A DNA stretch of 64,000 bases, taken from contig CAVVMW010000010.1 of assembly GCA_963749495.1 (NCBI GenBank), forward strand, positions 576,001-640,000. The letters are read 5' to 3'. The translations under genes were made by a program, and so were the position numbers. Position 1 is the first letter of the stretch. The number at the start of each line of letters is the position of its first letter. The DNA comes from an uncultured bacterium (GTDB taxonomy: Bacteria; Verrucomicrobiota; Verrucomicrobiia; Limisphaerales; UBA8199). This document shows, piece after piece, positions 11,623 through 22,921 of this stretch. The notes under the pieces are model-generated. The model searched no databases, was not told where the DNA came from, and saw only the letters and a program-made list of their open reading frames with translations.

Positions 11623-13119
11623 ATGGCTAGTATCAATGTTCAACCGGCGAGGATTGTGCTCGGCTTAACCCGCAACGCCCTGCTGTGCGGGGCGTTCTTG
11701 AATTGCTTCGCCCTCGCCGTCTCGGGCGCCGAACCTGTCATGCCCAACTGGCCCGGATTCCGGGGCCCCAATTGTTCCGGCGTCGCCGACGATGCCAAGC
11801 CGCCGGTGAAGATCGGCCCCACCAACGGCGTTCTGTGGGCCACCGAGGTGCCTTGGTCGCCCTCGTCTCCGTGCATTTGGGGCGAGCGCATCTTCCTGAC
11901 GACCTTTGCCGAGGAGCGACTCCAGACACGGTGCTACGACCGGCGCAGCGGGCAGTTGTTATGGTCCCGTGGAGACAAGCCCGAGAAGCTCGAGCCGTTT
12001 CACAAAACGGAGGCCAGCCCGGCTGCGGCCACGCCAGCAACCGACGGCCGGCATGTGGTGAGTTACTTCGGTTCGATCGGCTTGATCTGCCACGACCTGG
12101 AAGGCAAGGAACTCTGGCGCCATCCCCTGCCCGTTGCCCTGAGCGGCGGCAGTTTCGGCTCGGGCACCTCGCCGGTCATCGCAAGGAAACTGGTGATTTT
12201 GAACCGGGACCAGGACCAAAACTCGTCGCTGCTGGCCGTCAACGTCGAAACCGGCAAGACAGTCTGGGAAGCGCCGCGCCCGGAGGCAAGCGGCAGCTTT
12301 GGCACGCCCATCATCTGGGAGAACGAGGGCGTGGAGCAGGTGGTGACGCCCGGCTGTGTGCGATTGAAAGGCTATGAGCTCAAGAACGGCAGGGAGCACT
12401 GGATGGTAACAGGGGTTGCCAGCTTTGCCTGCACGACGCCGGTCATCGGCGACGGATTGCTGTTTTTCGCTGCTTGGGCGCCGGGCAAGTCCGATGCACC
12501 CTGGCCTTCCTGGGAGAACTTCCTCGCACAGTATGACAAGAACAAGGATGGCGAGGTAACATTCGACGAGTTTCCGGAGGACGAACGGGATTCCATGCGT
12601 GGCCTGGATGTGAACCACGACGGCAAAATCACCAAGGCCGACTGGGACCTCATCCTCGCCCAAAACGCCAAGGGCGACAACGTCATGGTCGCCGTCCAAC
12701 CGGGCGGCCAGGGCGACATCACGCAGACGCACGTGCGCTGGAACTCCAAGCTGGGTTTGCCCTACGTTGCCTCGCCCCTGTTTTACCAGGGGCGCGTGTA
12801 TCTCATCCGCGAAGGCGGGATGTTGTCCTCGTTCGATGCCAAAACGGGCAACCCATGTTACCTCAAGGAGCGCCTGGGCGCTCCTGGCAGCTACTATTCG
12901 TCCCCGGTGGCCGCCGACGGGCGAATCTACTTGGCATCGCTGGCGGGCAGGGTCAGCGTGGTGAAAGCGGGAGGTGACAAGCCGGAGATTCTCCATCAAG
13001 CGTCCTTTGGCGACCGCATTTTCGCCACGCCTGCCTTGGTTGGCGAGGGGCTCTACCTGCGCACTCGGAGCAAACTTTATGCATTTGGGGCCGAGGCTGG
13101 ACCTGAGAGCGGCAGGTGA
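11623..13119 (+). CDS. PQQ-binding-like beta-propeller protein with EF-hand insert
   Basis: NWPGFRGP start, PQQ-like repeats, DKNKDGEV and DVNHDGKI EF-hands. Confidence 0.88.
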   Translation: MASINVQPARIVLGLTRNALLCGAFLNCFALAVSGAEPVMPNWPGFRGPNCSGVADDAKPPVKIGPTNGVLWATEVPWSPSSPCIWGERIFLTTFAEERLQTRCYDRRSGQLLWSRGDKPEKLEPFHKTEASPAAATPATDGRHVVSYFGSIGLICHDLEGKELWRHPLPVALSGGSFGSGTSPVIARKLVILNRDQDQNSSLLAVNVETGKTVWEAPRPEASGSFGTPIIWENEGVEQVVTPGCVRLKGYELKNGREHWMVTGVASFACTTPVIGDGLLFFAAWAPGKSDAPWPSWENFLAQYDKNKDGEVTFDEFPEDERDSMRGLDVNHDGKITKADWDLILAQNAKGDNVMVAVQPGGQGDITQTHVRWNSKLGLPYVASPLFYQGRVYLIREGGMLSSFDAKTGNPCYLKERLGAPGSYYSSPVAADGRIYLASLAGRVSVVKAGGDKPEILHQASFGDRIFATPALVGEGLYLRTRSKLYAFGAEAGPESGR

Positions 13120-13144
13120 GGGAAGGGGTCCAGGATTGATTTTA

Positions 13145-13255
13145 GAGCAGGTTGCAGAATTAACCGCAAAGAACACAAAGAACGCAAAAGCCGGGGGAAT
13201 TGAGGCGTTTCTTTGTGCTCTTTGCGCTCTTTGCGGTTAATTTTGCCGCCGGCTC
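13145..13255. mobile_element. Small palindromic MITE with TTA target duplication
   Basis: tta-gagcaggttgcagaattaaccgc...gcggttaattttgccgccggctc-tta, with internal caaagaa / tctttg repeats. Confidence 0.75.
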
Positions 13256-14353
13256 TTAGACGATCTTTGGGAAATAAATCCACAAATGCCCGAGGTCGTC
13301 ATCCTCGCCGAAGATGATTTGGCCGTCACGACCCGTCACGGCATCCCCGAAGACGTAGCCGTAGCGGCGCCGTTCCAGCACGGACACGGCAACACCGAGG
13401 TTGGTCACCTGGCCGCGCCCGGGGTGATAGCAAAACAGGTTGGCCATTTCGGGCCCGCAAAAACCGAAGAGACGGCCGTCATGCGTTACCGCCCAGGGGC
13501 CGACCGGCGCCAGCGTGGCCCGGCCCAGCGGCTCACTGAACCCGCGCTGTTCATCGAATGAAAAGAGATTGCCGTTGGCATCGGCAGTATAAAGCACTCC
13601 GCGCCGGCGGTCTCTGGCCCAGGAGAGCGGGGCATGGTCCCACGCGCCTGCCGGCAACCTGACGGCCTGGCGTTGGATTTGCCGGGAGACCGGGTCATAG
13701 CGCCAGAGGTGGCCTGGGCCATCCCGGCCAAAAATGCCGCCTTTGGAACCGACGCCGATTCGACCGCTCCCAGGCACCTCGCCCGCAACCTCAATCTTCC
13801 CGTCCTCGAGGGCGACAGTGAATAGATGGCGGGTGGTGATGCCAACCAGCCAGGACTTCGAGTCCTCGGCCACCGCGTGAACGATCGGTTCACCGTCGAC
13901 TTTTCCCAGGTCTTGAAACGGGGTGCGGGAGAAACCCCATTCCTGGATGAGGTCAAAGGGCAGGGACTGCAAGGCGCCCGTCACAACGCGTCCGCCCTCG
14001 GGGCCGTTGACACAAGCCGCAAACTTCCTTTTTCCACAGCACACGGCGGCGCAGTGGCCCGCGCCTTCGACCGTTCCGCGGTCCAGGACCGCGCCGGTGA
14101 CCCCGTGAAACATCGCGACGAACAGGTGGGTCGCCCGGCCGCTGGTGCCTCCATAGATCATCCCTTCGGGGCTGATGTCCAAGGCGGTGATGTGGCTCTC
14201 GTCGGCGGGGATGGGAGTGCTGGCGCCCGGGAAGCAGGTCGGGAAGGCGACCATCGTGCCCTCCTTTACGAACGTTCCATGTACAATCTCGTCGATCAGC
14301 GCCCTGGCTTCGGGTGAGCGGCGGTTAAATCTCTGCTTCTTTTGTTCGCTCAT
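13256..14353 (-). CDS. Hypothetical beta-propeller protein
   Basis: 365-aa ORF with G.IYGGT and LF.YHP repeats; same strand as upstream propeller gene. Confidence 0.75.
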   Translation of the reverse strand: MSEQKKQRFNRRSPEARALIDEIVHGTFVKEGTMVAFPTCFPGASTPIPADESHITALDISPEGMIYGGTSGRATHLFVAMFHGVTGAVLDRGTVEGAGHCAAVCCGKRKFAACVNGPEGGRVVTGALQSLPFDLIQEWGFSRTPFQDLGKVDGEPIVHAVAEDSKSWLVGITTRHLFTVALEDGKIEVAGEVPGSGRIGVGSKGGIFGRDGPGHLWRYDPVSRQIQRQAVRLPAGAWDHAPLSWARDRRRGVLYTADANGNLFSFDEQRGFSEPLGRATLAPVGPWAVTHDGRLFGFCGPEMANLFCYHPGRGQVTNLGVAVSVLERRRYGYVFGDAVTGRDGQIIFGEDDDLGHLWIYFPKIV

Positions 14354-14388
14354 GGCTGGTTCTCACCCCCAACTGCGAATGGGCGGGT

Positions 14389-14463
14389 GACTGTGGACTG
14401 TGGACTCTGGACTCTGGACTCTGGACTGTGGACTCTGGACTCTGGACTGTGGACTCTGGACTC
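14389..14463. repeat. Intergenic heptamer tandem repeat (GACTSTG) x ~10.7
   Basis: gactgtg/gactctg units counted directly. Confidence 0.95.
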
Positions 14464-14464
14464 C

Positions 14465-15835
14465 TCATCCCCACATGCGGATCGGCAGGTGGGCGTTCTC
14501 TTTCCGGCGATGGGCCGGCACCTGGACCTTGAAGATGCCCACGGGTTTGACTCCGACGCTGCCGAAGAACAAGTTGCCCTGATGGTCCACGGCGCCGCGC
14601 GAGACGTACTGGGCGGGGTCTTTGGGGTGGTGGAGGATGGCGACTTCCTGCCGCTCCAATGTAGCGGGATTGAGCCGCCAGACGAGCCCTTCGCGCTCGG
14701 GTCTGTCCGCAGGCATGGGGTTGTAAACCGGGTCTCGCCACCGCGAGGCCACGTAATACAACTGGCCGTCACCCCCGAAGACCAGGCCGCCGCAATGGTC
14801 CACGAAAGTGTCTTTCGAGAGGCTGGGGTCGCGCCTTTGGGTGGTGGCGCCCAGGTCCTCGACGCGCGGCCATTCGCCCTCGTTGGGCCAGATGCGCATC
14901 AGCCGCGAGTTGGCTATCCAGGTGACCGCGTACACGCACTGCCCGTCGGGCGCCGGCGCCACGTCGTAGAAGACACTGTGCCAACCGGTCTGGAATTCCG
15001 GGTTGTGCGGCAATACGAACGGGCAGCGTTCGAGCCGGTCTCTTTGCGGGTCATAGCGGACCAGGTGGCCGTAGTCGTCGGTAGTCCAAACGCGGTGCTG
15101 GCGGTCCAGGAACAGGGTCTGCGCGTTGATCGAGCCGATGCGGCCGGCGTCGCGGCGGGTGCGGGTTTTGGTGTCGTAGATGATAAAGTGATCGCGGGGG
15201 TAGCTCAAGGCATAGAGCCGATGGCGCTCTTCGTCGTGCAAGAGGCAGCGGCAGCCCTCCTTCGGGATGAGAGTGTCCCACCACAGGACCCGATCCGTCC
15301 TGGTGTCGAAGGCCAGCAGGGCGCTGCCGCGGAAGCAGCGGTTGGGGTCGTGCCAGGAGCGCCAGGGCGAATAGGCGGGCTGATCGATGGGCGGCCCCGA
15401 GAGATGGGTGGCCATGAACAGGATGCCATCGGCCATCGAGGGCGCGAAGCTGTAGTGGATCTTGCACTGGGTGGCACGCCCGGAATCAGCGGGGTCATCG
15501 ACCATCTCATCCACCGAGAACAAGTAGTCGAGGGCATCGCTCTTTTCGTTGTAACGGACAACCTTGACCACACCGCCCGGAACACTCTCCGCGCAAGCAG
15601 CCGCGTAGATCCGGCCATCGGGGCCCACCGATAACGACCAGCAGGTATCGGCGTCGGGATGGCCGGTGAACGGGTACCAGGCGGGACGGTAAGCCTCTTG
15701 GCCCGCCTCTTCGCCAGGCGCCGCACCTGGCGCGGCGCCGCCAAGGGCGGGCAGCAAGCACCAAGCCGCCGCGGTCTGCGCGCCCCCCTTGAGAAACTCG
15801 CGTCTTCTTAATTTCATCGGCATGACTGGCCTCAA
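14465..15835 (-). CDS. Tat-exported beta-propeller protein
   Basis: RRREFLK twin-arginine signal; GPDGRIY/YDP propeller repeats. Confidence 0.8.
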   Translation of the reverse strand: MRPVMPMKLRRREFLKGGAQTAAAWCLLPALGGAAPGAAPGEEAGQEAYRPAWYPFTGHPDADTCWSLSVGPDGRIYAAACAESVPGGVVKVVRYNEKSDALDYLFSVDEMVDDPADSGRATQCKIHYSFAPSMADGILFMATHLSGPPIDQPAYSPWRSWHDPNRCFRGSALLAFDTRTDRVLWWDTLIPKEGCRCLLHDEERHRLYALSYPRDHFIIYDTKTRTRRDAGRIGSINAQTLFLDRQHRVWTTDDYGHLVRYDPQRDRLERCPFVLPHNPEFQTGWHSVFYDVAPAPDGQCVYAVTWIANSRLMRIWPNEGEWPRVEDLGATTQRRDPSLSKDTFVDHCGGLVFGGDGQLYYVASRWRDPVYNPMPADRPEREGLVWRLNPATLERQEVAILHHPKDPAQYVSRGAVDHQGNLFFGSVGVKPVGIFKVQVPAHRRKENAHLPIRMWG

Positions 15836-15938
15836 TTCCTATCGGGCGCCCGCGCAGGTGTCGAGATCAATCTTCAACAAGGCGGAGAGAAAAAACTCGC
15901 GGGGCGGGCGAAAAAGGCCGAACATCCGGAGCAAGGCG

Positions 15939-17606
15939 ATGAGTAAGACTCCGGCCAGTGGCGATGACGCGTGCTCGGGTGGGCGGCTCATCGAGTCGGA
16001 TTCGTTTCCGTTCGAGTTCGTTTCGGAACTGGCGGAGATGGAAAGCTGGCGCAAGGAGGTTTATCGGCCTGTTTACCATATCCACAAATGGTGGGCGAAG
16101 CGGCTAGGGTCGGTGTTCCGTGCCGTTTTGCTCGGCGCGGTTCTTCCGGACAAAGAGAGCCTGGCCGAGGTCTTCTACCGGCAGCATGATTTTTCCGGTC
16201 TGACTGTTTTCGATCCGTTCATGGGGAGCGGGACTACTGTGGGCGAAGCGCACAAGCTCGGGTTTACCGCATTGGGCCGGGACATCAACCCTGTGGCTTG
16301 TGAGTCCGTGCGGGTGGCGCTCGGGCCGCTGGACCGGGATGCGTTGCTGGGGGCCTTCGGCCAGCTTTCTGCGGGTGTCGGTGAGCGGATTCGGAGACTT
16401 TACCGGACTGCGGACCAGGCAGGGCATGATTGTGACGCGTTGTACTTCTTCTGGGTGAAGGTGGTGCCCTGCCCGGCGTGCTCCGCTGGCGTGGACCTTT
16501 TCCCCTCGTACATTTTCGCGCGGAATGCTTATCCCGGCCGGAAGCCGGACGTCCGCGTCTGCTGCCCTGGCTGCGGGGGCATCTTCGCGGCGAACGTCAA
16601 TGATGTCCAAGCCAAGTGCCCGCACTGCCGGCATGAATTTGACCCGCACACGGGGCCAGCCAGCGGGGCTTCGGCGACCTGCCAGAAGTGCCGGCACGTT
16701 TTTCCAATTGCGAAAACGGTGAAGGCCCTCGGGCATCCGCCAGCCCATCGCATGTTCGCCGAACTTGTGCTGACCGGGGCGGACGACAAGGTTTATGTGG
16801 CCGTCAGCCGAGAGGACGAATCGGCTTACGAACGTTGCTCGGATGAGTTGGGCCGGAGCAGGCTGCTGCTGCCAGAGTTGGAAATGGAGGACGGACATAA
16901 TACCAGGCAGGTGCTCAACTACGCGTATCGATCGTGGCGCCAGTTCTTCAACGACCGGCAACTGCTGGCGCTGGGTTGGCTGCACGAGGCGATTCTGGCA
17001 CTGCCGAATGACGCCGTCCGGGCTGCGCTGCTCAATGTGTTCTCCGGGGTCATCGAGTTCAATAACATGTTCGCCTCGTACAAGGGGGAAGGCACGGGGG
17101 CGATTCGACACATGTTCTCGCACCACATTCTAAAGCCGGAGCGGGTGCCCATTGAGGGGAATGTATGGGGCACTTCCAGAAGCTCCGGCTCGTTCTCCAC
17201 GCTGTTCAAGTCCCGGTTGCTGCGGGCCATCGAATACCGCATGGCGCCTTTCGAAGTGGCCCTGGGCAACAGGAACGGATGTAACGATGGGAAGCGGGTC
17301 TTCGGAAGCAGCCCGCCGTTCACCGGGCGGGTTGAGACAGCCTGGCCCCCGCCGGGAAAGGCCGTTCCCCGGACCATTTTCCTTTCCTGCGGGAGTTCGG
17401 CGGCCACCGGCCTTGGGGATGCGAGCGTGGACCTGATCGTAACCGATCCCCCATTCTTCGACAACGTTCACTATTCGGAGCTGGCTGATTTCTTCTTGAA
17501 CGCAGAGCCGCAAAGGACGCAGAGATTCGTTTCGTTTGTCTTCTCTGCGATCTTTGCGCCTCTGCGGTTTTCGTTCCCCTCCCGAAGGCCCCCGCCGCTC
17601 CCCTGA
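15939..17606 (+). pseudogene. Adenine DNA methyltransferase with Zn-ribbon (DUF1156-type), truncated near 17500 by a repeat
   Basis: HKWWAKR, DPFMGSGTT, CxxC pairs, TDPPFFDNVHYSELADFF, followed by repeat-derived sequence. Confidence 0.8.
17499..17569. repeat. Palindromic repeat related to the 13145 family
   Basis: aacgcagagccgcaaaggacgcagag...ctctgcgatctttgcgcctctgcggtt. Confidence 0.65.
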
Positions 17607-17636
17607 GCAGTTCTGACGGGAGGGTTATACGGCGGC

Positions 17637-18524
17637 TCATTTCTTTGGAGGATCACTGGGCGGGACGGGCGGGCCTGCGGAGGCGTCACGCTGCGGTTGG
17701 TGGACCATGGCGTTCTTTTTGCCGATCGTTGGTTCGATGGCCTGGGCGAGGACGAAGTCCACCAACTCCTGGCATTGGAAGAAGCCTGCCCACATGTTGT
17801 GTCCCTGTCCGGGCGGAACGATGAGCTGCATCTTGCCGCCGAGCGCCTCGTAGCGCTTGCGCATTTCGCCGGAGTTCGCCTCCAGCGGGACGGCCTGGTC
17901 GCTGTCACCATGGATGGCGAAGAGCGGCACGCCCGCTTTGGCCAGCGCGTCAAGGCGGTCAATGGGATTGTGCTCCGCCAGTCGTGCCGAAAACTGCTCC
18001 GGTGTCATGCCGTAAGCGCCGCTTGCCTTCGCCGCGCCTGGATAGCTGGCCAGGTTGCAGACGGGGTAAATGCCCGCGAACCCGGCGACCTTGCCCGCAT
18101 TCTCGACCGCCCAGGAGAGGTTCATCAGGCCGCCCCAACTCCGTCCGAGCATCACCGCCCTTGGCGCAAGGCCGCGATTCCTGGTCAATTCTCCGTAGAA
18201 GGCCGAGTAGAGGGCCCGCCCGTCAGGACTCCCGTAGGATTCCCCGACATCGATGCCGGTGATCGCAATGCCGGCCCGGGTGAAGCGTTCGAACATCCAT
18301 TTCTCAGCGTCACTGGGCAGGCCGGGGAGCGTGGGTGCATACCAGACCCACGGGATCGGCCTGTCCGCGGGTTTCGCTTGCGGAAGAATCACGAACGCCG
18401 TTCGGCCCTGCACGAGGAAGACCTCGCCTGGAAGCGGCAGAGATTTCTGCGGTGCGTCGGCGGCGTGCAGCGCGGCCAGGGGAGCCAGCAGCAGGGCGGC
18501 GGGAAAAAAACTCAGCCAAGACAT
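17637..18524 (-). CDS. Secreted alpha/beta hydrolase
   Basis: Signal peptide, GRSWGG nucleophile motif, HGDSD, GH. Confidence 0.85.
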   Translation of the reverse strand: MSWLSFFPAALLLAPLAALHAADAPQKSLPLPGEVFLVQGRTAFVILPQAKPADRPIPWVWYAPTLPGLPSDAEKWMFERFTRAGIAITGIDVGESYGSPDGRALYSAFYGELTRNRGLAPRAVMLGRSWGGLMNLSWAVENAGKVAGFAGIYPVCNLASYPGAAKASGAYGMTPEQFSARLAEHNPIDRLDALAKAGVPLFAIHGDSDQAVPLEANSGEMRKRYEALGGKMQLIVPPGQGHNMWAGFFQCQELVDFVLAQAIEPTIGKKNAMVHQPQRDASAGPPVPPSDPPKK

Positions 18525-18772
18525 CTCAAATCGCCTTCGACATCCGAGTCGCATTGTTTGGTCCATGGACATTCTTATATTCAATCCGCAAGCCGAAGGC
18601 AATTCTGGACATGGAGTTCTGGGAGAAAAGGGGAGCACAGGCGCCTGGCTGCGCTCTTCATTCGGATCGAATCGGTTGGACTGCGACCAGGAATGAGTTG
18701 TGTAAATCGGTAAATGCTCCACTATCGCGATATTAAACCGATTGAGTTCGACGACAAAAATGCCCGGCATCC

Positions 18773-20791
18773 ATGAATACTCCATGTTTCTTGTCAGTCG
18801 CGTCCCTCATTCTGCTTGGCTCCTGGAACGCCGAGGTCTTTGGGCAGGCGGAATGTGCCGCTGGCGGCAATCTCCGCGGCATACGGGTTGACGGAGAGTT
18901 GATGGCCTTCGGCACCAGCATCCGCGCGGTCGTTTCGGCCGAAGCGGATGAAAGCCAGGGCGGTCGCGGCAGGGGAGGCGGCGGACAGTTCTCCCGCGAT
19001 GGCGACGCGTTGATTGTGACCGGCAGTCTCACCGGCGGCGCGGGCCGGGGCGGTGGCCCAGGCGGCGGCGGCCGTGGCCGCGGTGGGACGCCCGCCGCTG
19101 GTGCGAGTTATCGCGCCACCTACAAGGACGTTGCCCCGGGGACGGCGGAGGCGGAGATTCAGATTACTTCGACGACGAACATTCCGATGCAGGGGGTCTT
19201 CTTTGCCATCGCCCTGCCCGGCGCCGATTACGCCGGCGGCTCGGTTCAGTGGATCGAGCCGGCCTCGGGAGCGGAAACCCCAGTGTCTCTGGCCGCCGCC
19301 CCACCCAGTGGCACGAACCTCTACCTGCGCGCATCGGCCAAAGGCGTGCGTCTGGTTGCTCCGCGACGGCAGATTGAGTCGAGCTTCCCGGGGCCGGCCC
19401 AGTTGGTCATCCGGGACGTTCGCAACCGCGGCAACCGCGACATCGAAGTCTGCTTCCCTCTCAGCCTGGGAGATCTAACCAACGGACAAAATGTTCACGC
19501 CGCTTTCACGATCAAGGCGACAGGCGAAGTGGACAAATCTCCTGCCCGGCTCGTGATGGATACATCCCGGCCCGGTCGCAGGTACGACGGCATGGGTGGC
19601 AATTTCCGTATTCAGAGCCCGGCCGACGCGGCCCAGATTCAGTACAACCTGGACAACCTGCGCATCGCCTGGGGCCGCGTGGCCATGCCGCTCGACCGCT
19701 GGCAGCCAAACCAAGACGCCGACCCGCTCGGGGCCGCCACCACCGGCCCGTTGAACACCAGCGTCCGCGAGGCGATGGAGATGGCCCAAAAGCTCGCCCG
19801 GAGAACCATTCCCACGATTATCAGCATCTGGTCCGCTCCGGGTTGGGCCTTGGCGGCGGGCGGTAGCGGACGCGGGGGACGCGCCCGCATCAACCCCGAA
19901 CAATGGGACAAAGTCTGCAAGTCCATCGGTTCCTACCTGGAATACATGAAACGAGCCTTCGGCTCTGAACCGGTTCTGTTCTCGTTCAACGAGTCCGACA
20001 TGGGCATCAACGTGCTTCAAAGTCCGCAGGAGCACGCCGATGCCATAAAGCGGTTGGGAGCCTATTTTGTGTCGCGCGGGCTGAAGACCCGGATGCTCCT
20101 GGGCGACACCGGCAACCCGACGGGCGACAAGTTCATTGACGCGGCCCTGGCCGATGCCGAAGCCGCCAAATACATCGGCGCGGTGTCGTTCCATTCCTGG
20201 AACAGCGGCACGACCGAGCAATACACCCATTTCAGCCAGGCGGCGCGGCAGCTCAACGTGCCGCTGCTCGTCGCCGAGGGCGGCCTTGATCCCAGCGCCC
20301 ACCAGTATCGGGCCATCTTCCTCGAGCCCTGGTTTTGCCTCAACGAGATCGCCCAGTACGTCGAGATTTGCCGCGTCGCCCAGCCGCTGTCCATTTTGCA
20401 CTGGCAGCTCACGGCCGATTATTCCATCCTCACCGGAGGGAACGGCGGCCGGCCGCTGCAACCGGCGCAGAGATTCTGGGACATCAAACAACTGGGCATG
20501 ACGGCGCCGGATTCCAGGGCGATGCAGATCACCTGCGACAATCCCAAGGTCATTTCGTGCGCGTTTGCGGATCACGGCGGCTGCGTGGTGCATTTGGTCA
20601 ACAACGGCGCCGCGCGCACGGCCACTGTCTCCGGGCTGCCGGCGGGCATCAAGGAAATGCGCGCGTTCGTAACCGACAGCCGCCGCGGCATGCAGGAGGC
20701 TGATCGCGTGCCCGTCGTCCAAGGCACGGTCCAACTGCCGCTGGACGGCATGAGCTTCACGAGCCTGGCCGGGAATGGCGAAATCAAATGA
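18773..20791 (+). CDS. Glycoside hydrolase, clan A (GH30-like)
   Basis: WSAPGW, FNESD acid/base, SFHSW, VAEGG nucleophile region, C-terminal beta-sandwich. Confidence 0.65.
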   Translation: MNTPCFLSVASLILLGSWNAEVFGQAECAAGGNLRGIRVDGELMAFGTSIRAVVSAEADESQGGRGRGGGGQFSRDGDALIVTGSLTGGAGRGGGPGGGGRGRGGTPAAGASYRATYKDVAPGTAEAEIQITSTTNIPMQGVFFAIALPGADYAGGSVQWIEPASGAETPVSLAAAPPSGTNLYLRASAKGVRLVAPRRQIESSFPGPAQLVIRDVRNRGNRDIEVCFPLSLGDLTNGQNVHAAFTIKATGEVDKSPARLVMDTSRPGRRYDGMGGNFRIQSPADAAQIQYNLDNLRIAWGRVAMPLDRWQPNQDADPLGAATTGPLNTSVREAMEMAQKLARRTIPTIISIWSAPGWALAAGGSGRGGRARINPEQWDKVCKSIGSYLEYMKRAFGSEPVLFSFNESDMGINVLQSPQEHADAIKRLGAYFVSRGLKTRMLLGDTGNPTGDKFIDAALADAEAAKYIGAVSFHSWNSGTTEQYTHFSQAARQLNVPLLVAEGGLDPSAHQYRAIFLEPWFCLNEIAQYVEICRVAQPLSILHWQLTADYSILTGGNGGRPLQPAQRFWDIKQLGMTAPDSRAMQITCDNPKVISCAFADHGGCVVHLVNNGAARTATVSGLPAGIKEMRAFVTDSRRGMQEADRVPVVQGTVQLPLDGMSFTSLAGNGEIK

Positions 20792-20972
20792 CGGCGGCCA
20801 CGGGGCAAGAACTGCAAGACAGGGAAGGAAACCTATGAAGAAACCGCTGGCTTCCCGGCCGCCGCTTGAACGGCGACGAAACCCACCGGGGTCTCAACTT
20901 CAGCTCAGCGCCCCAAGCTCTGCGCGTCACGCTCGGCACCTACTGACCCTGCTTCATTTTGAAGGCTGCTTT

Positions 20973-22921
20973 ATGAACCGTTTCCTGGCTGGAATTTGCG
21001 CCGCCATTCTGCTCGCGCTGGCGGCCGCCGGCGAGACAACGGATTACGCCGAGACGCAGCACGCGGGCGATTGGCTGCGTCACCCGGTTTACGGCGATCC
21101 CTCGTTCGATGCTTTCGAACGGCTGCCAGGCAACCCGATTCATCGCGGGGCGCCTCCATTCGAGTGGCCAGTCAACGGGTTCTTGTTCGCCGACCCACCA
21201 AGCGGGCGCTGGTACGTTTTTGTGGGCGATTACGGCAAAGGCTATCTCACGCCACCCAGCCGCTGCCTGGTTTACCGGTCCGCCGACCATGGCCTGAGTT
21301 GGACCAACCTGGGCGTCGTCCTGCATGGCGACCCGCAGATGTTCGACCGCGGCGGTCACACGCCGGATGTGAGCGTGGTCTATGCCGATGGCCGCTATCA
21401 GATGGTGTATGATTGGGGCGAGCCCGATTTCAACGCCGAGGGTGGCCTGGCCTACGCCTGGGCGGAGCGGCCCGAAGGCCCTTGGCACCGCGCTCCGCAG
21501 CCCATCACGCGCAACTCCACCCTGTCCAAACTGTCGGGGCGATATCAGCGGACTTACGCTGCCACCCTGCTGCGCCGCAAGAACGATTGGCTCATTCTTG
21601 CCATGATGGACCACGCGCCCCACAGTTGGGCGCTCTTCGCGATGACCGCCACCAAGCCCGAGGGCCCTTACTCGGAACGCCGATTGGTGCGTCAGGTGGA
21701 GGAAGACTACTTCCATCCGCCTTTGCTCGAGTTTTTCCCAGCTTTCGAGCACGACGGTTTTGTGTGTGCGCCGGCCACGTCGGTGGCCCTCAACCGCGAT
21801 TTCAACGCCCTGTTTCGCGCGCCGATCGAGCACGCCGAGGACCCTTCGGCCTGGGCCTTGGTTCAATGCGGTTCGGTTTGGCATTCCGAGGACCGGGACG
21901 CGGAGCATTTCGGCATCTGGGGGCAGACGTTTTCCGGGTTTGTGGATGCGCAGGGCACGTTGCAAGCGATGTTCCCCAGTCGCGATGCGGAGGGGCGCGG
22001 CACCATCAACCTGGCGCAACGCTCGTGGAAAGAGCCTCTCCGCAAGCACGGGTTCGTCCTGAGCGGACACCAGGGACCATCACTCACGCTGCTGACACGG
22101 GCTTATGACGACTTCGCGGTCAATGCGGAGCTGCGATTGCGAGGCACCCTCCGGTTGCTGCTGGACTATGCGGCGCCCCTGGGCCGAGCACGCCCTCCTC
22201 CGATGCCACCCTGCACCCGCTCATGAACACACGGCATCTGGCCCTCGAACTCGCCCCGGCGCAATGGCGCCTGCGCCAGCAGGAGGTCTCCGGGCAGTCG
22301 GAGACGCTCGCCTCGGGCAAGCTCGAGGAGAGGCAGCGGCGCGTCCTGCAGGTTCAACGCCAGGATGGTCGACTGGCCATCAATCTGGACGGGTGGGAGC
22401 TTTGGACAGGCAGGCTGCCGGCCAGTGAAAACCCCGCCCGGACGGGCGTGCTGGGATTGCGCCTGGACCCGAACAGCTATGTTGTCGTTGAGCGCTTCCG
22501 AATTGAGGGCACGCCGAAACCTGCGCGTTTGAGCTATCTCTGGAGCGAAGCCTTGCTCGGCGCCGGCGAATCGCCGGTGGATTGGGCCGAGAGCAAGGCG
22601 GCAAGTTTTCGTTATGCCTCTGGCGTGGTGTCGAAAGCACCCGCGGCTCGGGCCAAGTGGAACATCATCGGCCGCGACCTCCGGTTGTGGTCCCCTCGCG
22701 GCCCTGGCTACGGAAGCATGGAGGTGCGAGTGGACAGCCGGGTCGCCGCCACGCTCGATCTCCGCGCGGATCAGGAAGTCAGCTCCCAGCCCGTCTGGTC
22801 TATCACGGACCTGCCTGATACCTTCCACGCGGTCGTGTTGCTGGCCAAGGCCGGCCGCATCCCCGTAGATTGCCTCGAGGTAACCACCGGCACCGCCCCG
22901 GCAGCGGCCGGTTCCGACTGA
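20973..22921 (+). CDS. Five-bladed propeller glycoside hydrolase-like protein (GH43/GH32-like); frameshift near 22185
   Basis: Signal peptide, RLPGNPI, S.D.GLSW, PEGPW motifs; the two ORFs join as APLGPSTPSSDATLHPLMN. Confidence 0.65.

Noticed and set aside
14389..14463. CRISPR array or real ORFs encoding SPES/LWTLD repeats
   Set aside because: Simple heptamer tandem with no spacers; the ORFs are by-products
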